64,000 nucleotides of DNA, taken from positions 6,506 through 70,505 of the forward strand of contig JAGKTZ010000003.1 of assembly GCA_021153165.1 (NCBI GenBank), given 5' to 3'. The notes under the pieces are model-generated. The model saw nothing but the letters and a program-made list of their open reading frames with translations, was not told the DNA's origin and did no database searches. Below, in pieces: positions 41,395 to 51,412 of the stretch (positions are counted from its first letter, which is position 1; each line of letters opens with the position of its first letter). The position numbers and the translations under genes were made by a program. Source of the stretch: Prevotellaceae bacterium. GTDB lineage: Bacteria; Bacteroidota; Bacteroidia; Bacteroidales; Bacteroidaceae.

Positions 41395-44300
41395 TCATCT
41401 CACCTCTACACGACTTTTGCCCCCGGTGGGCAACTTGACGACGCGTATTTGTGGGTGGATCTGTTCGCGTATTTGCAGGGTGTGACTGACAACGCCCACC
41501 TTGCGCCCCTGAGTCGTCTCAAGGCGAGACAAGGCGTCCATGACCAATTGCAACGAGGCTTGATCCAAATTGCCAAAACCCTCGTCGATAAACAAACTGC
41601 CGATAGAGATTTGTCCGCTGGACAAGGATGCTAATCCCAAAGCCAGGGCCAAACTTGCCACAAACGTCTCGCCACCCGAGAGAGACTGGATGTGTCGCTC
41701 CTCGTCAAACATGTCGTGGTCGATGACCGTGAGGGTGAGCGTGCCAGGCTGGGTACGCAATTCGTAGCGCGGCGAGAGTTGTCGCAGATGGCAGTTGGCT
41801 TGTTCGACCAAGAAGTCGAATGTGTAGCTTTGTGCCAACTCGCGGAACTTTTTGCCATCGTGGCTGCCGAATATTGTGCATAGACTTGCCCAATGTTCGT
41901 AGTCTTTACGCAAATGGGTCGTGTCTGCCATCAACTGTTCGGCATCCCTTATGCAATTGTGGTGCTTGTCGAGCATGATGCGAAGGGCAGAGAGCGTTTC
42001 GCCTTGACGTTCGATTTCCTGCTTGACATTATTCAGTTCGGTGGTCAAATACGCTTGACTGGCTTCCTCTTCACGCTTCGGGCGATAGTTCTTGGTTTGC
42101 AATTCTATCAGTGCCCTTTGCGCAGCATCAAGTTGCAATTTGGCCAAGTGTAGCGCATTTTTCTTCTCTTCGAGGTCTGCTCTGAGCGCTTTCCAATCCG
42201 TGCGGTCCGAGAATATTTCGTCCAGTTCCACTAATTGCATTGGTGAATTGTCGCGGTTGAATCGCAATAGCCACATGTCCAGTTCGCACTGATTGGCACT
42301 GAGCTGATTTTGCTTAAGCTGGCGCTCCTCGGCAGCGCGCAATTGTTGTCCACGGAGTTGATTGATTTCGCTTTCGGCAGCCTCGTGCGCCTTTTGTTGA
42401 GTTTCTGCAGCGTTGCGCGCTTCGTCGACATGGCGTTGCAAGAATTCTTCTTCTTGTTCGGGAGTCCTACCCTCAAACAAGCGTTGTACTTCTGTCCGTT
42501 TATGCGTCAATTCTTCCTGGGCGGCTTTATAGCTATCTTCATTTCTTCGATGAGCGCGATCCGCTTCTTCATAGCTGGCGATGGCCGCCTTCTCTTCCTC
42601 GATGAGTCTGGCTTCGCCGACTTGTGTCTTCTCTAAGTCTCGGCAGGTTTGTGCCCAGTCTTGCTGGAGCTGTACCAATTGCATCTTGAAGGCATCAGGG
42701 CTATCTTTCCATTGGTCGAACCATCCTGTGACGGTGATGAGCGCCTCCAGGTCTCTGTAGAACCCTTGGCAAGTGCGGTCGGATATATAAAGCGTCTGCT
42801 GCACTTCGTCGAGCGATGTGGTCACGACTTGTTGTTCCGTCTTCAGGGTTTGCCATTGATTGCGTTCGACATCCATCTGCTGCAACAGGGCATCTATGTC
42901 CTTGTTCAGATAATTGATGGCTTGCTGGTGGTAGTTGTAGGTTTTGAGTTCTTCCTCTGCCTCTTCGGCTGCTTTTTTCGCATTATCCGCGTGCATCTCG
43001 ATCATCAATTGACGAGCGTTTCTGTTGATAGTAGGCGTACACTCGTCGAATACAGGATCCAGGTCGGCACAAGTGCTCCATTCAGCCACGTAGGTGTCTT
43101 GTTGCTGCTGCAATGCGACGAGTGCATTCTTCTCGGCCTTGAGGCGTCCAGCATTTTCAGCATATCGTGTGCGCGTATCGTCCAAGCATTTTGTCTTGGC
43201 TTCTAAGTCTTGTTGCGCTTCCTTGTATTCCTCGTCCAGTTTGTTGAGCAATTCGCCCAATTCACGCTCGGTTTCGCTATGGTAGGGATGGTGTGTCGCA
43301 CCACAAACGGGGCAGGCACTTCCCTCCTTGAGCTGTTTGCGCAATTGCACGATATTTTGACTTTGGCTCAAAGTGAGTGCCACATTGAGGCGTTGGCAGA
43401 CATCTGCTACCACATCCCTTCCCTTCTCCAGTTCGGCAATTGTGTCGGCCAATTGGTTTTGTTCGGCCGTGCTACGACTGATTTCTGCCTGCTTCTCACT
43501 GATTTGTTCATAGCCTGCAGCAATGCGGCGCCACAGCGCAGCAGCTCGCTCGAGTCGTACGAGTCGGTTTTTATTGTCGGTGAGTCTGCGCTGTATATAT
43601 TCACTATTTATACCATTGTTGGCACCTTGATGGACACTCAATTCGGTGCGTAGTCCTTCCAGTTGATTCTTGTGCTCCTGCTGAGTAGTCTCTAACTTTT
43701 GAGTAGCTTCTGCTAATTTAGTGGCTTGCGTCTGTAAGTCCTCGGCCTTCTGGTGTAGTTCGGAGTTACGGCGCAATTCTGACTGGTAAAGACCTAATTT
43801 ATCCTTTACCAAATCGAATTTGTCAAACATTTGCTTGTGTACGATCAACTCCTGCTTGTGCAACTGCAAATCCTCTACTTTTGATTGCGTGCTCTTGAGT
43901 TCTTCGCTCTTGCTTTCCAGTTGTGACCTCCTGCCCCTTACTACAGAATTTGTTTCAATTAATTCTTCTTCTAATTTGTGCAGTTGAGCTTCGCCCTCCT
44001 TGATTTGTCCCATCAACGAGTGACCATGATTGATTGCAGGGCGGCGCTGCGCCAAATTGGTTTCGGCTTGATGCAAACTTTCTCTGGCAATCCTTAACTC
44101 TGTAGCAACAGCTTCGGCACGGTTTTTGCTGGATGTAATATTGTGGGCGATTTCTGCTTCGCGTGATTTAAGCGCTTCAATATCGGCACGGCATGTAGTG
44201 ATAGATTGGTAGATGGGTTGGATATCCAGCACACTATCGTAGCGCTCTATACGGCGTTGGTCTGGGCTTGCTGCAACATTTGCCTTGTGCGCTTCGTGAT

Positions 44301-45150
44301 GTGCAATTTCGCATTGCTTCACCCTCTCCTCTGCTGCGGCATTTTGCTCTACCCACTTGAGCTGTTGTTGCAAGAGTTCAACGCAATCTTTATTGCGTTC
44401 AATCGCAGTTTGCAAGAGTTCGCTTTGGTGCATTTTCTCCTCAACATCTTCTGGTTTCAATTTGTCTCGGAGGATACCCATCACTTGATTATCTATCGCT
44501 TCTGTTTCCTTTTTGGCAGCACTGGTAAGGTTGAATATCTTTTGCGAGATAGCGCCATAAATTTCGGTACCTGTCAATTTTTCCAGCAGCATAGATTTGT
44601 CCTCGCGTTTGGCTTTGAGAAAATTTGCGAAACTATTTTGAGCCAGCATCACTGTGCGCGAGAATTGTGTATAATCCAAACCAATGATTTCCTCAATGCG
44701 TTTTGGAATATCTCGTTCGTCAATTTGTTCCCTTTTTGGTGCAATGCAACGCAAAGTACGGCTTGCTTTATCCAAAGTACCAGTTCGTTTTTTGCGCAAA
44801 TACCAGCCTGCTTCATAGCGCTTACCATCTACTGTCGAGAACTCGACAATGGCGTGCCCCTCCTTTTTGCCACGGCGCAACATATTGCGCGGATCGCTGG
44901 CTTGCAGACGCATATCCTCGTCTTCAATCATTTGTAGTTTGGCAGACTCTACCTTTTGTGCACCATCAAATCGCGGTGCTTTACCATATAGGGCCAAGCA
45001 GATCGCATCAAGTAGCGTAGATTTACCCGATCCTGTGTCGCCGGTAATAGCAAAGAGGCCCGAAGAACGGAGTGGTTCTTGAGAGAAATCTATCGTTTGC
45101 TCGTCTTCTAACGAGTTGAGATTGTATATCGTGATTTTGTCTATTTTCAT
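41395..45150 (-). CDS. sbcC: SbcC/Rad50-type ATPase
   Basis: Walker A GDTGSGKST, Q-loop LAQNSFA, Zn hook CPVCG, LSGGE, LFIDEGFG. Confidence 0.95.
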   Translation of the reverse strand: MKIDKITIYNLNSLEDEQTIDFSQEPLRSSGLFAITGDTGSGKSTLLDAICLALYGKAPRFDGAQKVESAKLQMIEDEDMRLQASDPRNMLRRGKKEGHAIVEFSTVDGKRYEAGWYLRKKRTGTLDKASRTLRCIAPKREQIDERDIPKRIEEIIGLDYTQFSRTVMLAQNSFANFLKAKREDKSMLLEKLTGTEIYGAISQKIFNLTSAAKKETEAIDNQVMGILRDKLKPEDVEEKMHQSELLQTAIERNKDCVELLQQQLKWVEQNAAAEERVKQCEIAHHEAHKANVAASPDQRRIERYDSVLDIQPIYQSITTCRADIEALKSREAEIAHNITSSKNRAEAVATELRIARESLHQAETNLAQRRPAINHGHSLMGQIKEGEAQLHKLEEELIETNSVVRGRRSQLESKSEELKSTQSKVEDLQLHKQELIVHKQMFDKFDLVKDKLGLYQSELRRNSELHQKAEDLQTQATKLAEATQKLETTQQEHKNQLEGLRTELSVHQGANNGINSEYIQRRLTDNKNRLVRLERAAALWRRIAAGYEQISEKQAEISRSTAEQNQLADTIAELEKGRDVVADVCQRLNVALTLSQSQNIVQLRKQLKEGSACPVCGATHHPYHSETERELGELLNKLDEEYKEAQQDLEAKTKCLDDTRTRYAENAGRLKAEKNALVALQQQQDTYVAEWSTCADLDPVFDECTPTINRNARQLMIEMHADNAKKAAEEAEEELKTYNYHQQAINYLNKDIDALLQQMDVERNQWQTLKTEQQVVTTSLDEVQQTLYISDRTCQGFYRDLEALITVTGWFDQWKDSPDAFKMQLVQLQQDWAQTCRDLEKTQVGEARLIEEEKAAIASYEEADRAHRRNEDSYKAAQEELTHKRTEVQRLFEGRTPEQEEEFLQRHVDEARNAAETQQKAHEAAESEINQLRGQQLRAAEERQLKQNQLSANQCELDMWLLRFNRDNSPMQLVELDEIFSDRTDWKALRADLEEKKNALHLAKLQLDAAQRALIELQTKNYRPKREEEASQAYLTTELNNVKQEIERQGETLSALRIMLDKHHNCIRDAEQLMADTTHLRKDYEHWASLCTIFGSHDGKKFRELAQSYTFDFLVEQANCHLRQLSPRYELRTQPGTLTLTVIDHDMFDEERHIQSLSGGETFVASLALALGLASLSSGQISIGSLFIDEGFGNLDQASLQLVMDALSRLETTQGRKVGVVSHTLQIREQIHPQIRVVKLPTGGKSRVEVR

Positions 45151-45160
45151 ACGGGATAAA

Positions 45161-46408
45161 TCATTGGAGTGATTCTGAAAGACTATATTCTTCGGCAATG
45201 AGTAAACGCTGCTTCAATTCGTCGGGCAGAGGAGAATTGTACTTATCTTGATAAATTAAGTCTGCCATTTCTATGGGCGTAAGGGTTTGTAGCGTATTGG
45301 AGGTTTTGTGTGCTGTCGTTGCTGTGTGGTCTTGTTGATACACTCTGACTACACGACAGAAATATACAGCCTTGTCTTCAAGCGATGTAGTGATTTGATG
45401 CAGCAATGTAGGTTCTGGCTGTTTTTCCTCCACCTTTAGTTCTAAATAAGGCCAAGTTACTCCCTCGTCGTTCCTTCCCTTTTTTGGCAGTTTCTCTATC
45501 ATTCTTAAAATATCCAAAGGTGTGGCGCTACCATGCGGAGGCAGTGTGGTCAATTGACGTAATGGCGTATAAGGTATCCGTTGGGTATTCACCTTTTCCT
45601 CGTTGTCAATTTCAATTAATGTAACACCATGCTGGTAGTGGCTTTCACTAAATGACAGAGGGATGGGACTGCCTGCATACTGCATCTCGCCTGCTGCAGA
45701 ATTTATGCTTTGTGCTTTGTGCAAGTGTCCTAATGCGGTGTAGCATACGCTGGGGTCTATCACATTTGCCGCGATGCAGTCTTGTCCGCCTACGACTAAT
45801 CGTTCGCTATGTTCGTTTTCACTGATTTCTGCCCCTGCTGCATAGAAGTGCGCTACAGCAATAATAGGCAAGCCCCTGAGATTACTCTTTTTCACCTTAT
45901 ATAATAGTTTGTCAAAGAGGTCGCGCATCCCTTCGCCGTTGTTCATCCCCATGGGATAGTCTGATGGTCGCAAGTAGGGTACGGCCAAGCACACCGCTTG
46001 GGCATCTGTTGTGCTGCGATGACTTAGTGGAATAATCAGTCGGTCGAAGTCTACTTCGCCTGTTTCGGTATTTCGTGGCAAAGTGCCTCGTACGTGAATG
46101 TTGTGACGTTTGAGTAGTTGCGCTGGTGCATCTATACGACCCGCCGAGTCATGATTGCCGGCGATGGCTACGATCTGCATCCCCATCACTGCTTCTGAAG
46201 CGTCGATAAGGAAGTTGTAGAACATCTCCTCTGCTGCTGCCGAGGGATTGGGACTATCAAAGATGTCACCGGCTATGACCAAGACGTCGGGGCATTCTTC
46301 CTTGAGAGTATCACGCAACCAAGCGAGGAAATGACGATGTTCGCCGATGCGATTATGACCATGGAATACATTGCCAAGGTGCCAGTCTGCTGTATGTAGT
46401 ATTTTCAT
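45161..46408 (-). CDS. sbcD: SbcD nuclease
   Basis: HTADWHLG, AGDIFD, GNHDS, ALGHLH, YAGSP. Confidence 0.95.
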   Translation of the reverse strand: MKILHTADWHLGNVFHGHNRIGEHRHFLAWLRDTLKEECPDVLVIAGDIFDSPNPSAAAEEMFYNFLIDASEAVMGMQIVAIAGNHDSAGRIDAPAQLLKRHNIHVRGTLPRNTETGEVDFDRLIIPLSHRSTTDAQAVCLAVPYLRPSDYPMGMNNGEGMRDLFDKLLYKVKKSNLRGLPIIAVAHFYAAGAEISENEHSERLVVGGQDCIAANVIDPSVCYTALGHLHKAQSINSAAGEMQYAGSPIPLSFSESHYQHGVTLIEIDNEEKVNTQRIPYTPLRQLTTLPPHGSATPLDILRMIEKLPKKGRNDEGVTWPYLELKVEEKQPEPTLLHQITTSLEDKAVYFCRVVRVYQQDHTATTAHKTSNTLQTLTPIEMADLIYQDKYNSPLPDELKQRLLIAEEYSLSESLQ

Positions 46409-46443
46409 CAGTTGTTTTGGATATTATCTATTATTGAGTAGGT

Positions 46444-48321
46444 TTATTGCTTTGTCGCAGAAGTTCCATGTCCGTCTTTTTCTATTAGTCCGAGCAGGCG
46501 CTCCACGGCTTCCTCTGTGGGAATATTCTTTTCTACACAAGTCTTGCCGCGATACAGGCTCACTTTGCCACGACCTGCTCCCACGTAGCCGTAGTCTGCG
46601 TCGGCCATCTCGCCGGGTCCGTTGACGATGCAGCCCATGATGCCGATTTTCAACCCAGTTAGATGCGACGTTGCCGCCTTAATTCGCGCGATGGTGTCGG
46701 GCAAATCGTACAGTGTGCGACCACAGCTGGGGCACGATATATATTCTGTCTTGGTGGTGCGCAGGCGAGCTGCTTGCAGTATGGCAAATGCCGTTTCGTC
46801 GACGATGGCGTGCGACAGGGGTTTTTCGCCTTGTGCGGGAGATGAGAAGAGGAAGATACCATCGGTGATGCCATCGAACAGGAGTGCACCCATGTCGGCA
46901 GAAGCACAGAGCTGGAAGTCCTCCTTCTCTGCCGCGTTCATCTGATAGTGCTGGAACATCACCACAGGGTTGACCAAATTTTCACGCCATAGTTCGTGCA
47001 CCAAAGCGCGCAGTTCGCCAGTGCGATTGGGGTGGTTGCTCTGCGCCAGAATCACCACCTCGGGGTGATGACGCAAGCACGCCTTGACTTCTTCGGTCAG
47101 GCTGGTGAAAGTAAGGAAGAGGAATTTCACCGGCGCCTTGATGGTGCTGACAAACATCAACATCTCGGTGGTAAATACAGGATAGGTACCTGCTTCACCC
47201 TGCCACATCGGTGCGTCGACGATATAGTCTGCACCCTCGATGCGTTCTTCTGGGCGTGGCAGGCTTTGTCCGCAATAGATATAGTCTGGGCAAAGGTTGC
47301 CCACCTCATTGCTACCGTCCAGTCGGTCTGAGATTACGACGGGAGGATTCTGACCTCCGATATTTTCCACAGGACATGTGGCGCGGCGCACTGGACGTAG
47401 GTAGTCGAAGGCGCCACAAGGTTGACCTGGAATAAAGGGGTGGCCCGTACGAGTGCCAGCAATGTAGGAAGCGAGTTTATAAGCCACAGGAATTTCCTTT
47501 TCGGGCGCTTCACTCAGCGAGACGCGGATTGTTTCGCCTATACCATCACTCAGCAGGGCACCTATACCCACGGCGCTTTTGATACGGCCATCTTCGCCCT
47601 CGCCTGCTTCTGTGACACCGAGGTGTAGGGGGAAGTTCATTCCCTCGCGCTTCATCACATCATTGAGCAGACGTACCGAGCGCACCATCACGACTGTGTT
47701 GCTCGCCTTGATTGATACGACCACGTTCATGAAGTTTTCGCGCACACAGATGCGCAGAAATTCCATACAACTCTCTACGATACCCTCGGGGGTGTCGCCA
47801 TAGTGCGACATGATGCGGTCCGACAGCGAACCGTGGTTCACGCCGATGCGCAGGGCGGTGCCGTGCTCACGACAGATGGCGAGCAGTTGCTTGAAGCGCT
47901 CTTCTAAGCGTTGCAACTCGGCGGCATATTCCTCGGGTGTGTATTCCAGTGCCTTGAACTGGCGGGCTGGGTCCACATAGTTGCCGGGATTGATGCGCAC
48001 CTTCTCGACAATTGTTGCCGCTACGTCTGCCACTGCGGGATTGAAGTGGATGTCGGCCACCAGGGGTACATTGATGCCCTGACGTGCCAACTCCTCCTTG
48101 ATATTTTTCAAATTATTAGCCTCGATGGTACCTTGTGCCGTGAGTCGTACAAGGTCTGCACCCGCCTGGACCAAGCGTTTGATTTGCTCTACGCACCCTG
48201 CTGTGTCCGTCGTGGCACAGGTGGTCATACTTTGCAGACGGATGGGCTGATCGCCACCTATGGGACAACCCTTGATTTGTGCTTCGTGAGATTTTCGAGG
48301 GGTATAATTGAAAAGGTTCAT
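46444..48321 (-). CDS. ispG: HMBPP synthase, long (three-domain) type
   Basis: QSMTT, PLVADIHF, RINPGN, RIGVNHGS, HLGVTEAG, CPSCGR, MGCIVNGPGE. Confidence 0.97.
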   Translation of the reverse strand: MNLFNYTPRKSHEAQIKGCPIGGDQPIRLQSMTTCATTDTAGCVEQIKRLVQAGADLVRLTAQGTIEANNLKNIKEELARQGINVPLVADIHFNPAVADVAATIVEKVRINPGNYVDPARQFKALEYTPEEYAAELQRLEERFKQLLAICREHGTALRIGVNHGSLSDRIMSHYGDTPEGIVESCMEFLRICVRENFMNVVVSIKASNTVVMVRSVRLLNDVMKREGMNFPLHLGVTEAGEGEDGRIKSAVGIGALLSDGIGETIRVSLSEAPEKEIPVAYKLASYIAGTRTGHPFIPGQPCGAFDYLRPVRRATCPVENIGGQNPPVVISDRLDGSNEVGNLCPDYIYCGQSLPRPEERIEGADYIVDAPMWQGEAGTYPVFTTEMLMFVSTIKAPVKFLFLTFTSLTEEVKACLRHHPEVVILAQSNHPNRTGELRALVHELWRENLVNPVVMFQHYQMNAAEKEDFQLCASADMGALLFDGITDGIFLFSSPAQGEKPLSHAIVDETAFAILQAARLRTTKTEYISCPSCGRTLYDLPDTIARIKAATSHLTGLKIGIMGCIVNGPGEMADADYGYVGAGRGKVSLYRGKTCVEKNIPTEEAVERLLGLIEKDGHGTSATKQ

Positions 48322-48458
48322 TTGTCTACTATGTTTGAGGTGTGATTTAGCATAAATATCCTCACCCATCCCCTGATTGGAGAAAAGGAAGAGGAATTGA
48401 TAGAAGGCGGAATTTCCTATTCTAGTTAATCCAAAAAAGTAAGGCAAAAAACAGTCTC

Positions 48459-48525
48459 AAAAAAAACCTAGACCTTTTTTGAAAAAGGTAAGGCTTTTTT
48501 TGAAAAAGGTTAGACTTTTTTTCGA
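48459..48525. repeat. 21-bp-period A/T-tract array (three clean units)
   Basis: AAAAAACCTAGACCTTTTTTG / AAAAAGGTAAGGCTTTTTTTG / AAAAAGGTTAGACTTTTTTTC. Confidence 0.88.
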
Positions 48526-48531
48526 CGGGGA

Positions 48532-49038
48532 TTAATTGGTCTTGAATTTGAACTTTACTTCTGCCAAATCTGCGTTGGCTTTTACAATCTTTTGCTTCAA
48601 GCCTTCCTTGTGTGCAGCGAGTCGTGCAGCCACGGTTTCGTCCGAGAGTGCCAACATCTGTACGGCCAGGATGGCTGCGTTTTGTGCGCCATTCACGCCC
48701 ACTGTTGCCACAGGGATACCAGGAGGCATTTGTACGATCGACAGGAGAGCATCCAATCCGTCGAGCATGCCCTTGATGGGTACGCCGATGACGGGCAATG
48801 TGGTGTTGGCAGCGATCACGCCGGGCAGAGCGGCTGCCATGCCGGCTGCGGCAATAATCACGCGGATGCCGCGAGAAGCAGCGCCATGAGCAAACTCTTC
48901 GACCTCGGCAGGAGTGCGGTGAGCCGAGAGGGCATTGATTTCAAAGGGGACTTCCATCTCGTCGAGCAAGAGGGCAGCCTTTTCCATAACGGGCAGGTCG
49001 GATGTGCTGCCCATGATGATGCTTACGATTGGTTTCAT
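48532..49038 (-). CDS. purE: N5-CAIR mutase
   Basis: [40 protein letters not shown]. Confidence 0.98.
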   Translation of the reverse strand: MKPIVSIIMGSTSDLPVMEKAALLLDEMEVPFEINALSAHRTPAEVEEFAHGAASRGIRVIIAAAGMAAALPGVIAANTTLPVIGVPIKGMLDGLDALLSIVQMPPGIPVATVGVNGAQNAAILAVQMLALSDETVAARLAAHKEGLKQKIVKANADLAEVKFKFKTN

Positions 49039-49107
49039 ATGTTTATTGTCGTTAATTTATTGAATAAAATATTGCAAAATGAGTAATGACATTGCGCTCT
49101 TCTTTCC

Positions 49108-49728
49108 CTAAAACAAAATGATGCACAGGAAGCCACACACGATGCCAATCAGTGTGCCCAGTGTGGTGTCGAGCAATTTGTGCTGGAGTAGCACAAGGCG
49201 AGATGTACAGACGAGCCCATTAATCAAGATGGCCGCGGCAATAGCAATGATGGGGTTGAAATGGAAATAGAATGAAAATGCAATCAGTATCCCTATCGTC
49301 GCACCTGATGCCGCAGCATGCATGCTGACTTTGAAGAAAATATTGCAAATGGCGCACAAGATCTGAATGATCAAAGCACACAAGATGATACGAAAGGTAT
49401 AGCGAGGCATACACATATCGTACATGAAATAGAGCAGTACGGCATAGCTGACTATAGAGATGATGTAGGGCACAAAGCGGCGTTCGCGCTCTCCCATCTG
49501 GTGATGTGTCCAACCGTTTACCTTGCGATAAAGATAGATGCCCAACCTTGGTGCAGCAATGGTCAGCAGATACACCAACGCTAATACATAGAAACGGAAG
49601 AACCACGGCGTATATCTGAGATAACTCAAGAAGAGCAGTGGAATAAAGGCAACAATCGGGAAATAGAATGGAGAGAATATCACCGAAATAACCTTAGCCG
49701 TATGTATGATGTGCCTATTGCGTGACAT
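49108..49728 (-). CDS. PAP2-like membrane protein
   Basis: About six TM helices; KVSMH and SRLVLLQH motifs; usual rpoN neighbour in Bacteroidales. Confidence 0.7.
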   Translation of the reverse strand: MSRNRHIIHTAKVISVIFSPFYFPIVAFIPLLFLSYLRYTPWFFRFYVLALVYLLTIAAPRLGIYLYRKVNGWTHHQMGERERRFVPYIISIVSYAVLLYFMYDMCMPRYTFRIILCALIIQILCAICNIFFKVSMHAAASGATIGILIAFSFYFHFNPIIAIAAAILINGLVCTSRLVLLQHKLLDTTLGTLIGIVCGFLCIILF

Positions 49729-49763
49729 ATATAGTGATAGTGAGTGAAATTGGTGTATGGTCG

Positions 49764-51218
49764 TTACTGCTTCCTTAACCTTGCTGTAGGAATACCCATT
49801 TGTTCGCGATATTTTCCAACAGTGCGGCGTGCCACGGGCAAGCCTTTTTCTTTCAGCATCTGTGCGATGATTTCGTCACCAAGGGGGAAGTTCTTGTCCT
49901 CAGCATCTATGATTTCCGCCAGCGCCGTCTTGACTTTTCGTGCAGTAAGTTCTTCGCCATCGACCGAAACAAAACCTGCTGAGAAGAAATACTTAAGTGG
50001 ATAGAGTCCATAGCGCGTTTGTACATATTTGCTACTCGTGACACGAGAAACCGTGGAAATGTCTAAACCAAGCCTTTCTGCCACTTCTTTCAGTGTCAGA
50101 GGAGTCAGCAGAACTTCATCCTCTTCAATAAAGAAAGGCCGCTGCAACTCGACGATACACTGCATCACGGACATCAAAGTGTGCTGTCTGCGCTCAATCA
50201 AGGTGATGAAATTTTGAGCGGCTTCTACTTTTTGCTTCGCATAGATATATCCATCTTTTTCAGCACGGCTCAGGTTCTTTCCGTCGGCGTTATACTTTTT
50301 GATAATATCTTGAAAAGATTGGCTCACACAAAGTTCAGGAACATCGCCGTGGTTGATCTGTATATCTATACTGCCGTCATCGCTTACCATGACAAAAAAA
50401 TCAGGAATTACTGCCGTCGCACCCTGTACTTCGTCGTCGTTCAAAGCTCTGCCTGGCGCAGGATTCAGGCGTGTCAGTTCTTGCTTGATATGCGCCGCCT
50501 CATCTTCGTCAAGCGACATGCCTTCAGCGATCAAGTCCCACCTTTTTGACATAAACTGCTTGAAATACTTCTTAATGACTACAATGCTCTGATTTTGCCA
50601 AGGCGAGTGATAGTCGGGGTGGGACAACTGAATCAGCAAGCATTCCCTCAAATCTCGGGCACCAATACCTCGAGGTTCAAACGTATGGAGTATGGACAGC
50701 ACGCGTCCCAATTCTTTCTCGTCTGTGTAGATATTATGATAAATAGCTAATTCGTCACACAACGCTTCAAGATCCTTGTTCAAGAAACCATTGTTGTCGA
50801 GCGAACCAATCAGATATTCTATCAACTGCGCTTCGTGCGGTGTCAAATCTTGTTCGCCGATTTGCTCTTTCAAATCATCATATAGCGAATGTGAAGCTGC
50901 TACGACAAAATCCCTCTCTTCTCTACTACACTCGGCTCTGTCTTGCAGATACTCTGGGATGTCGTCTTCTGTGCGATAGTCACCAATGGCTAAATCCAAA
51001 TCATCCGAGTCGTCCAGGTCGTTGTCTACTTTTTCCTCGGTCTTCAACTCTTTATTCTTGTCATCCTCCTCAAGCGCTTCATTGTCCATCATTTCACATT
51101 CTATTCGCTCTGCAAACTGCATTATAGGCAACTCGATCATCTGAGCGAGGGCCAATTGCAACGCAGATATTTGCTGTGTCTGCGTCAGTTTTTGTGCAAG
51201 AACATTTCTTTGTTTCAT
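49764..51218 (-). CDS. rpoN: RNA polymerase sigma-54 factor
   Basis: Q/L-rich region I, PRGIGARDLRECL, DISTVSRV, RpoN box ARRTVGKYRE. Confidence 0.96.
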   Translation of the reverse strand: MKQRNVLAQKLTQTQQISALQLALAQMIELPIMQFAERIECEMMDNEALEEDDKNKELKTEEKVDNDLDDSDDLDLAIGDYRTEDDIPEYLQDRAECSREERDFVVAASHSLYDDLKEQIGEQDLTPHEAQLIEYLIGSLDNNGFLNKDLEALCDELAIYHNIYTDEKELGRVLSILHTFEPRGIGARDLRECLLIQLSHPDYHSPWQNQSIVVIKKYFKQFMSKRWDLIAEGMSLDEDEAAHIKQELTRLNPAPGRALNDDEVQGATAVIPDFFVMVSDDGSIDIQINHGDVPELCVSQSFQDIIKKYNADGKNLSRAEKDGYIYAKQKVEAAQNFITLIERRQHTLMSVMQCIVELQRPFFIEEDEVLLTPLTLKEVAERLGLDISTVSRVTSSKYVQTRYGLYPLKYFFSAGFVSVDGEELTARKVKTALAEIIDAEDKNFPLGDEIIAQMLKEKGLPVARRTVGKYREQMGIPTARLRKQ

Positions 51219-51412
51219 TGATAGACAAATTTTCTTGCAAAGATAGTGTAAAAAGTAGATTCTGCACAACATCAAAGGCTTTCTTTTAGTACCTATGTGT
51301 AATATTTTTTCCCGAAAAGCTATGATTTTATATTTTCTTTCACTTTCATTTTGTCTTCCGCTCAGTTTATAGTATTTTTGTAGCAATTTGTAAAATTATA
51401 ACCCTACATATT

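Noticed and set aside
41395-46408. SbcC/SbcD as a novel SMC-type defence system
   Set aside because: Canonical sbcDC order and motifs in a housekeeping context, with no extra partner genes.
48459-48525. 21-bp arrays as a CRISPR array
   Set aside because: Units are contiguous and degenerate, with no unique spacers and no cas genes.
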